Shown piece after piece: positions 50,101 to 61,709 of a stretch of DNA of 64,000 bases (its first letter is position 1; the number at the start of each line of letters is the position of its first letter). The position numbers and the translations under genes were made by a program. Origin of the DNA: Botryllus schlosseri. Taxonomy: Eukaryota. Location: NCBI GenBank assembly GCA_051294905.1, contig CM119371.1, positions 15,812,001 to 15,876,000 on the forward strand, written 5' to 3'. Below the pieces are notes generated by a model. The model was not told where the DNA came from and searched no databases. It saw only the letters and a list, made by a program, of their open reading frames with translations.

Positions 50101-51844
50101 GTCGCATAAACAATTTGTACGACGTTTGATAATTGTACCCTATACGTTGGTGTACTAGAGATATTTGTAAAACACACTCTGGTAAAGAAATCGAAAAGAT
50201 ATCCTATACCTAAATCTGATAAAACCATTTTGCACTTTTTGTTCGTCAGTAGTATCCATTTTAATTTTCCCATTTCCTCTCGTCAAAGTAGATGTAATCA
50301 TAGTCACTAAAGAACTTACTTGGATGTGTTTGAATTCTAGACATAGTTATGATTTACTCAACGCAAGACCCAAGAACAACCGTAGTTAACAACCGTGCAC
50401 ACATATCCAAAATATCGCACACTCCGCTATTCCTAAAGTACAAACACCCGATACAAAATATCACTTGTTGCGGCATCATCTTCACAATATCGCCATTTTA
50501 TTTGTGTCAATTAGTTACTTTGTATGTTATCCCACAACTCTTACAAAAGTACGAAGGATATTAACATCGCACTAAGTAATTAACTTTACTCGATATTCTC
50601 ACATTACGAAACTAAAGAATGGTTGGTTAGACTCTACAAACAGTTTCGATATCACAAGACCTTTATTGTCTGAATGGGTGTTCATGTATCTTAATAATCA
50701 AATAGTTTAACACAGAACTAGTACTAACAGAAACATCAGAGTTGTTTACACAAAAGTTTGTATGTGTACAGTATGCGAATACCATGTGTAAGTCCAGCAC
50801 AATTGCAGTATCCATTCGAGTTTAGTCAACACAAATTTATTACAACGGAGCCACGTAAACTTTCGTGAAAGAAAAGCATACTCACTTCCAGAGGGTTATG
50901 TCAACACCATAGCAGTTCCCCAACAACAAAGTACATATGTTTCTAGCCACGGTCCTTACATCTTTCACATAGATCAATCTACTTTGCTAACGAAAAGTGC
51001 TGAGTCATCACATGATCGCTCTCACAACAAAACAGCTAGTAGATATTATCATTCAAAATATTCCTAACCCTTTACACACCAGTGACAAATCATACAACGA
51101 ATATGCTTTGCGGGTCGAATTGTTGTTCAGTGTCAAGTCTAACTGTTGAAACATACAATAAACAGCGCAATCCAATTAAAACCACGAATCTATTTTCATT
51201 TCGTCACATACAGAAAAATAAATTTTCTTTCTCCAACACATACTTGTAACCAATCGCTTTCATTAAACACACAACACCATAAAAGTATTTACTTTCTACA
51301 ACATAGACATTCCGATGCAGTCAAGAAATATTTTTATTAATCAAAATCATCGATTTCTGTTCACGGCGTTAGTGTGTGCATGTCATACCTGTGGGCCCCG
51401 TATTAAAATGGACACGACACGACTGACTGTAAGGAGATAGAAGTCTATCTCATCGATTTACATGTGGTCTTCGCTACGGTTTCAAAAAACGAATCATCTC
51501 TTTTGCATTGATCTAGACCGAGCAAGTTAGTTAATGGCCATGATTGTGTTTGTCATATGCGAATGATAGGGTTACTGTCAAATCTACATACAACAATCTT
51601 CTGACGATCATAATAGCAATTTCATTTTCCGCCCCTTCATAATTGTACAACTCGGTAACTACGTTTAACAAGACCAATCACACTACCGGCGTTGAACACA
51701 AGATACCTACCCAAGTAAAAATATCATTCTGGTTTGGACAACTGACGTTTACCTGTGTAAAATTATCATTTTCACTTGGAGGTCCACCGTTACCTAACTA
51801 AAATACCATTGTCCTTTGGAGATTTATCGTTTACCCAGTGTAAC

Positions 51845-52380
51845 AATCCCCTTTTCACTTGGAAATCTATTTTTGGTCTGAATAACAAACCCCTTTTCAC
51901 TTGGAAATCTATTTTTGCCCTGGATAACAAACCTTTTTCATTTGGAAATATATTTTTTCTCTTGGTAACAAACCTTTTTCACTTGGAAATCTATTTTTTC
52001 TCTTGGTAATAAACCTTTTTCACTTGGAAATATATTTTTTCTCTGAGTAACAAACCTTTTTCACTTGGAAATATATTTTTTCTCTTGGTAATAAACCTTT
52101 TTCACTTGGAAATATATTTTTTCTCTGAGTAACAAACCTTTTTCACTTGGAAATATATTTTTTCTCTGGGTAACAAACCTTTTTCACTTGAAAATATATT
52201 TTTTCCCCGGGTAACAAACCTTTTTCCCTGAACAACAAACCTTTTTAACTTGCAAATATATTTTTTCCTGGGTAACAAACCTTTTTCACTTGGAAATATA
52301 TTTTTTCCCTGGGTAACAAACCTTTTTCGCTTGGAAATATGTTTTTCCCTGGGTTACAAACCTTTTTCACTTGGCGATCT
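51845..52380 (+). repeat. 41-bp AT-rich minisatellite, left arm
   Basis: (ttttcacttggaaatatattttttctctgagtaacaaacct)n with alternating variants. Confidence 0.9.
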
Positions 52381-54979
52381 GTCATTTACCTGAGTAAAAA
52401 TATCATTTTCCTTTGGGGATCTGGCGTTTACCCAGTGTAACAATACATTTTCTCTTGGTCATCTAGCTTTTCCTAGAGTAACAAAACCATTTTCATTTTG
52501 AAATCTGACAACCACACCGACAATTTGATATTTTTGTATTTTCTTACAGCGAACAGCGACAAAATATACACCAACAACGACTCCGATACATTTGTCTAAT
52601 CAAATATTCACTTGTGTTGGTGCATCCCATCAAAATCGTCGGTTACCCACATGCAATGCGCTCTTGTACACAGAAAGGCATGTTTTGGAAAATTGGACAA
52701 TAGGCTTCGATAGTTCTGTGATGTCCGGGTTCGTGCTTTGGATTTTCCAGAGTCAAAATGTCTGAATAAAACACCTCCTTGACGATGGTTGGTATGTGGA
52801 TAACGGTGTTCGGAAAACGGTTGGATTTATGTCACCCATCGCGATAACAATTCCAGGTCGAGTTTTCCCCCGCGCGTTTACTATATTGTGTCTTTATTGG
52901 TCAATGTATGTCTCGACATTCAGTTTGAAATCGGAAACCCTGATAAGTATGTAACCGGATCCGGATATCAACTCTGAATCGATAAACCAATGAACAATAT
53001 TCAAAGTAAACATGTTACACCCTGCGTTCCCACGAAAAAATACCATCCAGACATACGTCGCGCTTGTTTGCCCACACCAGTATACGCGCAAATGGAGGTG
53101 TGTGACATTGCATGCAATGCGTTGGTATACAAACATCGATCCACAGACATTATCATAGTCGGTAGTTTTGATGTAGATCGAATGTCATCCGATAACAATA
53201 CCAATAAGCCACATTGCAATGACTCTGAGTCAATCTGAAGCATGACATACAGACACACAAACACGGAACCGTAACATGGGTTATTCACATGGCGGTGAAA
53301 GTGAACTGTACAGTACATACCAATATTGTGATCACAGTCAAATATGCGAACCGTGTACAATCATATACCCAGGTTTTTGTTGGATATGTACAAATCCGAT
53401 AAATCGATACATTTCTGTTCCTTCTACGTCAATAATACAAGCACCATTCAAATGCATCACTCGAATGTGAGGTTCGTCGGGTGTAAAATCCATGTCAAAT
53501 AACACCAAAGTGTGCCTTCCGTGTTTTATCATTTCCACCGACGCTTCTTGTCTGTGTCGTAACACTATGGTGCGGGGAGTTGAAAAACGGCGGATTGTGA
53601 AACGGATTGACATGATCAACAGAATCGACGTCACTAGCCTTGTGACGATGTCTTTTCAAAATGATACCGATCTCTTGTGGCGATGACCGTTTCGAAATGT
53701 CACCGGACGAACTGAATCCTTACGATGATGTGTTTTATGATTGCGTGTGAAATCGCGAGGTAGTGTTCTATTGTGGTGTACGATTGCAGTCTTCACAGAA
53801 ACACACCTTATTGGATCACAGTATCAGTCCGAGATTTGCATAATCACTGTTCACGATATTTGTCTGGAGTCGTTATGTGGGAGTAGCGACATCCATGCAT
53901 CGTGACTGAAAGACTGATCGCAATCATTTCGAGCACCACTTCGATAGTATCACCATGGTCAAACGCTGCAGCAGAAAACTTCGGTGTGCTCAACACATTG
54001 ATAGATGTATCCAATTGGTCTGGGTGGTCTGTCCGGAGATAGGGCCATGACTATCTTGTAATGTTACAACACGATAACACCATCGAGTAAATCAGTGAAC
54101 GGTGTCGAAATATCGATGTAATAGCGCGGACTCAGAGTCATTGCAATGTGGCTTATTGGTATTGTTATCGGATGACATTCGATCTACATCAAAACTACCG
54201 ACTATGATAATGTCTGTGGATCGATGTTTGTATACCAACGCATTGCATGCAATGTCACACACCTCCATTTGCGCGTATACTGGTGTGGGCAAACAAGCGC
54301 GACGTATGTCTGGATGGTATTTTTTCGTGGGAACGCAGGGTGTAACATGTTTACTTTGAATATTGTTCATTGGTTTATCGATTCAGAGTTGATATCCGGA
54401 TCCGGTTACATACTTATCAGGGTTTCCGATTTCAAACTGAATGTCGAGACATACATTGACCAATAAAGACACAATATAGTAAACGCGCGGGGGAAAACTC
54501 GACCTGGAATTGTTATCGCGATGGGTGACATAAATCCAACCGTTTTCCGAACACCGTTATCCACATACCAACCATCGTCAAGGAGGTGTTTTATTCAGAC
54601 ATTTTGACTCTGGAAAATCCAAAGCACGAACCCGGACATCACAGAACTATCGAAGCCTATTGTCCAATTTTCCAAAACATGCCTTTCTGTGTACAAGAGC
54701 GCATTGCATGTGGGTAACCGACGATTTTGATGGGATGCACCAACACAAGTGAATATTTGATTAGACAAATGTATCGGAGTCGTTGTTGGTGTATATTTTG
54801 TCGCTGTTCGCTGTAAGAAAATACAAAAATATCAAATTGTCGGTGTGGTTGTCAGATTTCAAAATGAAAATGGTTTTGTTACTCTAGGAAAAGCTAGATG
54901 ACCAAGAGAAAATGTATTGTTACACTGGGTAAACGCCAGATCCCCAAAGGAAAATGATATTTTTACTCAGGTAAATGAC

Positions 54980-55597
54980 AGATCGCCAAGTGAAAAAGGT
55001 TTGTAACCCAGGGAAAAACATATTTCCAAGCGAAAAAGGTTTGTTACCCAGGGAAAAAATATATTTCCAAGTGAAAAAGGTTTGTTACCCAGGAAAAAAT
55101 ATATTTGCAAGTTAAAAAGGTTTGTTGTTCAGGGAAAAAGGTTTGTTACCCGGGGAAAAAATATATTTTCAAGTGAAAAAGGTTTGTTACCCAGAGAAAA
55201 AATATATTTCCAAGTGAAAAAGGTTTGTTACTCAGAGAAAAAATATATTTCCAAGTGAAAAAGGTTTATTACCAAGAGAAAAAATATATTTCCAAGTGAA
55301 AAAGGTTTGTTACTCAGAGAAAAAATATATTTCCAAGTGAAAAAGGTTTATTACCAAGAGAAAAAATATATTTCCAAGTGAAAAAGGTTTGTTACTCAGA
55401 GAAAAAATATATTTCCAAGTGAAAAAGGTTTATTACCAAGAGAAAAAATAGATTTCCAAGTGAAAAAGGTTTGTTACCAAGAGAAAAAATATATTTCCAA
55501 ATGAAAAAGGTTTGTTATCCAGGGCAAAAATAGATTTCCAAGTGAAAAGGGGTTTGTTATTCAGACCAAAAATAGATTTCCAAGTGAAAAGGGGATT
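54980..55597 (-). repeat. 41-bp minisatellite, right arm (two extra units)
   Basis: Mirror-coordinate sum shifts from 107360 to 107442 across the array, a difference of 82 bp. Confidence 0.9.
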
Positions 55598-58500
55598 GTT
55601 ACACAGGGTAAACGATAAATCTCCAAAGGACAATGGTATTTTAGTTAGGTAACGGTGGACCTCCAAGTGAAAATGATAATTTTACACAGGTAAACGTCAG
55701 TTGTCCAAACCAGAATGATATTTTTACTTGGGTAGGTATCTTGTGTTCAACGCCGGTAGTGTGATTGGTCTTGTTAAACGTAGTTACCGAGTTGTACAAT
55801 TATGAAGGGGCGGAAAATGAAATTGCTATTATGATCGTCAGAAGATTGTTGTATGTAGATTTGACAGTAACCCTATCATTCGCATATGACAAACACAATC
55901 ATGGCCATTAACTAACTTGCTCGGTCTAGATCAATGCAAAAGAGATGATTCGTTTTTTGAAACCGTAGCGAAGACCACATGTAAATCGATGAGATAGACT
56001 TCTATCTCCTTACAGTCAGTCGTGTCGTGTCCATTTTAATACGGGGCCCACAGGTATGACATGCACACACTAACGCCGTGAACAGAAATCGATGATTTTG
56101 ATTAATAAAAATATTTCTTGACTGCATCGGAATGTCTATGTTGTAGAAAGTAAATACTTTTATGGTGTTGTGTGTTTAATGAAAGCGATTGGTTACAAGT
56201 ATGTGTTGGAGAAAGAAAATTTATTTTTCTGTATGTGACGAAATGAAAATAGATTCGTGGTTTTAATTGGATTGCGCTGTTTATTGTATGTTTCAACAGT
56301 TAGACTTGACACTGAACAACAATTCGACCCGCAAAGCATATTCGTTGTATGATTTGTCACTGGTGTGTAAAGGGTTAGGAATATTTTGAATGATAATATC
56401 TACTAGCTGTTTTGTTGTGAGAGCGATCATGTGATGACTCAGCACTTTTCGTTAGCAAAGTAGATTGATCTATGTGAAAGATGTAAGGACCGTGGCTAGA
56501 AACATATGTACTTTGTTGTTGGGGAACTGCTATGGTGTTGACATAACCCTCTGGAAGTGAGTATGCTTTTCTTTCACGAAAGTTTACGTGGCTCCGTTGT
56601 AATAAATTTGTGTTGACTAAACTCGAATGGATACTGCAATTGTGCTGGACTTACACATGGTATTCGCATACTGTACACATACAAACTTTTGTGTAAACAA
56701 CTCTGATGTTTCTGTTAGTACTAGTTCTGTGTTAAACTATTTGATTATTAAGATACATGAACACCCATTCAGACAATAAAGGTCTTGTGATATCGAAACT
56801 GTTTGTAGAGTCTAACCAACCATTCTTTAGTTTCGTAATGTGAGAATATCGAGTAAAGTTAATTACTTAGTGCGATGTTAATATCCTTCGTACTTTTGTA
56901 AGAGTTGTGGGATAACATACAAAGTAACTAATTGACACAAATAAAATGGCGATATTGTGAAGATGATGCCGCAACAAGTGATATTTTGTATCGGGTGTTT
57001 GTACTTTAGGAATAGCGGAGTGTGCGATATTTTGGATATGTGTGCACGGTTGTTAACTACGGTTGTTCTTGGGTCTTGCGTTGAGTAAATCATAACTATG
57101 TCTAGAATTCAAACACATCCAAGTAAGTTCTTTAGTGACTATGATTACATCTACTTTGACGAGAGGAAATGGGAAAATTAAAATGGATACTACTGACGAA
57201 CAAAAAGTGCAAAATGGTTTTATCAGATTTAGGTATAGGATATCTTTTCGATTTCTTTACCAGAGTGTGTTTTACAAATATCTCTAGTACACCAACGTAT
57301 AGGGTACAATTATCAAACGTCGTACAAATTGTTTATGCGACGGCAACGACTTTGGGTTACTTGGTTTCGATCCTTTTGTAAAAGATTGTCGGACAATGGG
57401 GTTATAATCTTCTGTAATGATCGAGGTACGTGATCAAGTTTCCAATCAATTAATAATCGGACATACGACTTTGGTTTAACGAATCATAATATTTCTAAAA
57501 TCATAAGACACAAATCGAAATTCATATCAATCAAGACCTTTGCATGCTCTGAGTTTTGTGATGGCGTTTATTTCACCTGATAGAAATGAACTTGTATCAA
57601 TAGTAGCACGAAACGCATTTATCATTTTCGGTGTTATTGTTCACCAACTTCGACTGGTACTCGATGCCAAAAGTGATATTTTCTAATAACCTTTACCACA
57701 ACATCGGGTCTAATTATCGTGAATAATTTAATAATCAATTCGTGGTCGAGCAATACAAAATCTCATATATCAAATTAATGTGTCAATCCTTATGTTTACA
57801 GTATGATACCTTTCAATGTAAAACCGGCGTTTGATTGTAAGAAATGAATTCTCAACTACGTTGGTCAGGCATTCAAATCCGGTATACTCAAATGTAATAC
57901 GTTAATCTCAAACCACACACCGAGTAGTATTTACTTTGGTTTATAAAATATATCAAGTAGTAATTACTTTGTCTTGCAAAATAGTAACGACTTTTACAGT
58001 TGAAAAACAAAAGACGCGTCGTAGGGATATGAATACAACCGAACTTGTTATGGATTTTGGATTGTAGTGATTACTGGCGTAGTCTTGTCTACTTTTCATA
58101 AGGATACTTTTTGCTTTGGTTGGGTAAGTTACAAACGGATTGACTTGACAAGGTTTTTTGTATTTTACTCTTTTGTTTATGGGAAGATGCTAAAATGTTG
58201 AGACGTAATACTATTTCCGTTCACTCGATTATAACAAAAAATAACCTGATAGTTTGTTCAAGGTTTCGACAAATAGATAGAAATATTCCGATTTAACTCA
58301 TCGCGTCGCAAGTCGATCGCGGTACGCACAAGTGGTTGTCAAGTTAGAAATATTTACAACAGGTGCCATTTCATTGATTGATTCTATTGTGTGTAGTAAC
58401 ACATTAAAATATCGCGATAGTATTTACTGAAACTCTATTTGATAAACGGAAAACTCAGTCGTGAATAGAGTTGTAAGTTTCAAGGATTGTTTCAAAGTAT

Positions 58501-60594
58501 GATCTTGAAATGTGACTGGGTGAAAGTTGGTAGTCATGTTTGTCAAGCCTATTTCAATTCACGCAATGTCAAAGTCCAAATATTTCATTTTGGATTATCT
58601 GGATTTAACTTTAGTACATCCCGCGAATGGATTCCGATGCGGTACTATAACATTTTTGATAATAATGACTCAAGGATTTTCAATCAACAATACTGGAATT
58701 TTTTGGTAATGCTAGAGTTGCCAAATGATTAGTTGTGTGTTTTTGTTAAGTGTTTGATTTCAAGTTAATAAAGACAATAACTGTGTAATGCACATACTTG
58801 TGATTCTTGATTCTTGTAGAGTTATAGTTGGTATTGATTCTATAAGTGTGAAAACAGTGGCGCGGAATGTGCGAATAATTCGATGCGGCTGAAAGTCGGC
58901 GTCAGTAATAGTCGGGTTACGTTCGATTCAACAAAAACGCGGTAAGGGATTTGTCAAAGGATTAGAGTTGTACCGATTTAAAACATTCAGATACGAATCG
59001 ACTTGATTTGTGTAGTGAGTTTCATTTCAAGTTGATAAACTAACACATTGATTGAATATTTTCATGGATCTTATCACGCAACTAAAGTCAGCCACTATTC
59101 TGGAGGCGTGAAACATATAGCGATCGCGGGCGAGTGACAAATTGTCGGTTTTCCAACCACCGCCTGCGACGGTTCTGTGACAAACTAATTACCGAAATAT
59201 TACCTTGTAGGCGGGTATGCGGAATTGCTATGTCTGAAGTATTATCCGGTGAGTGGTCGTTGGATTTTAAAATTATATCACACCCTTTTGAATAAGCGTT
59301 CACTTCACAAAGGATTAGAGTTAGAGCGGAAATAAGTGACAATTTGTCGCTATTCAAGTTACCGCGGTCTGTTATTCGTTACTTGTTAAATCTTACCAGC
59401 GATATCAAGTTCTGTGACAAACTGATTACTAAAATTTCACCGCGTGAGCGATCGGTATGGTTATGACACCAAGTCGTGAAAGATGGTTATGACCGAGATA
59501 TTATCTTGTCAGTGATCGCGGGGTTTTGCAAACTATTTCACAGCTATTTGAAGTGTTAATTTGTGACCGTTGTTATTGTTGAAATTCGAATCACCGTCTA
59601 CGCCGGCTCTGTGGTAAACTAAATACCAAAATATTACCTTGCAAGTGATTCCTAGACTTGGCAAACTATTTCACACCTTTTTTGCTGAAAGTACGACATG
59701 CCGCCCGCAGTCTATACCGAAAGTACGAATCACGACCGCACCCATAAGAAATAAGACCCGCCGCCATAAGAAATAAGTGCCGCTCGCCACCCCGGGTTTC
59801 GTGTTAGCATCAATACCCGCTCACCACCCCCGCCATAAGACGCAATAGCCGCATGCGACCGCATCCATAAGAACACATGGCGAGTCACCACAGACCCCGT
59901 AAGAATACACGACAGGCAAATCACCGTCACCACCTATAGTAAAAAAGGCGAGTCACGACCACCGCGGTTGGCTGTGAAACAATTCAGCGCGCAGGTCATT
60001 TGCTTAATCCTCACAACAAGCCACGTTTCCGTTTGTGCGGTTATTGTTGGTGACTCGTACATATTCAACACCGCGCGAGAGATGCCTGAAAGTACGAATC
60101 ATCGCCGCATCCATAAGAATAACGATATACACATTAACAAAGATTCATTCACATGACTATTTACTTGATACATATTCAACACCGCGCGAGAGATGCCTGA
60201 AAGTACGAATCACGACCGCAAGAACACATGGCGAGTCGCCACAGATCCCGTAAGAATACATGACAGACACATTTATCGTCGTTAGCATGTCGCCGCACGT
60301 ATACCAAAAAACATTAGCATGCCACCACGAGTTTCGCGTTATCATGCGACCGCATCCATAAGACGAAAACGTTAGCATGTCACCCCCGCCATAAGACGAA
60401 AACGTTAGCATGCCACCCCCGCCATAAGACGAAAACGTTAGCATGCCACCCCCGCCATAAGACGAAAACGTTAGCATGCCACCCCGCCATAAGACGAAAA
60501 CGTTAGCATGCCACCCCCGGTTTTCGCGTTAGCATGCGACCCCGCCATAAGAACCCCACGCACCTCACGAGCGATCATACTAACTACTGTCGGC

Positions 60595-61039
60595 CTTTGT
60601 CCGCAGAAAACATAATGTTGGAAGAACGGTCAAGACGCAGTGGGTGTTCGGGGGCATCGACGTTGAATCGAAAGAGGGATTCCTGGTGGAAGTCGAGAGA
60701 CGAGATGCTGGTACTCTTTTGCCCATCATACAACATTATATCCTGCCCGGAACGACTGTGATATCAGATCTCTGGGCAGCGTACAATACGGTGAGCAATT
60801 TGGGCTACCAGCATCTCACAGTAAACCACAGATTAAACTTTGTGGACCCGATCTCCCACGCAACGACACATCACGTTGAATCAATGTGGGCCCGAGCGAA
60901 ACAGAGAAATAAGCGGGAGTGCGGGACTCATCGTACTCTCCTGGATACGTACTTATTTGAATTCATGTGGCGCCTCAAATTCGGCGACGATCCATTTCAG
61001 AATTTGATAAATCAGATTCGCACTCGCTATCCTGTTTGA
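60595..61039 (+). pseudogene. Merlin/IS1595 transposase, C-terminal half
   Basis: FVRRKHNVGR..QWVFGG...RDAGTLLPIIQHYILPGTTVISDLWAAY...HLTVNH..FVDP....HVESMW...YLFEFMWR; joins in frame to EIDES-A when the insert and one TSD are removed. Confidence 0.93.
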
Positions 61040-61709
61040 ATTTATACTTATTTACATCCATGATTTACACTGTATTTTTTCGTTGGCTTTGCTGCATTTA
61101 TTATATTTCATTCGTTAACAAAACAATGCGTGAATTGTACCGTCTCCAGTGCTCCTCAGACAGACATGTGCATTGTGCATGGTGCAATGTGCATGCAGTG
61201 ACATATAGTGGTATATTGATATCAGAGCAGGGGCTACCAACTCGAAAAGAGTAAAGGGCCACTTTTTCAACTTGGTAATCGCCGCCGGCAGCATCATGTC
61301 AATTTCAAGGAATAGGTTAGCTAAGGTTCTACGGTACAGCATCACTCGGGTACCAAATCGTTTCTCCACACCCTTCCTACGGGCGGAAATGAGTGAAACA
61401 CACCACTAATGATGCATCAGTACGGTGTTAGTGCGTTCTGCTTCACCCTAAGAAGTCAAAAAGTTAGTACACACAAGCAGAAACAACTTAGTACACACGC
61501 AGAATCAACTTGTCATGAAAATACATACCGCATAGGCTATTTATCGTGTATCATACAATACTCATTAGGATTGATTGTGAATGCTGCATGGCATCAACTG
61601 TATTTGTACTGCGTCTGCTTCACAAGTTGTGTAGGAGTATATTTACCAATAGTTTGAAAGAATAGTTTTGGCTACTGGTCATTCAACGACGTCTATCCCG
61701 ATACTTTTC

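Larger units (their letters stand above)
46854..60588. mobile_element. Polinton/Maverick-ended 13.7-kb foldback (non-autonomous)
   Basis: Termini AGTAGTTAGTATGATCGC...GCGATCATACTAACTACT; 6-bp TSD GTCGGC (46848-46853, 60589-60594); arms 46854-53231 and 54129-60588 are near-perfect reverse complements around an 897-bp spacer. Confidence 0.85.

Noticed and set aside
46854..60588. Pure assembly fold-back artefact
   Set aside because: The TSD, in-frame restoration of the transposase, arm SNPs and satellite copy difference argue for a real structure, although reads are still needed.
46853..60589. Alternative boundaries CAGTAG...CTACTG (hAT/CACTA-like) with 4-bp TSD TCGG
   Set aside because: Formally possible because of the flanking C/G symmetry, but AGTAGT ends plus a 6-bp TSD match a known superfamily signature, whereas CAG ends with a 4-bp TSD do not fit hAT (8 bp) or CACTA (2-3 bp).
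46388..61039. Bacterial IS1595 or contamination
   Set aside because: It is contiguous with animal KLHL genes, LINE, SINE and LTR elements; Merlin is the eukaryotic branch of this family.
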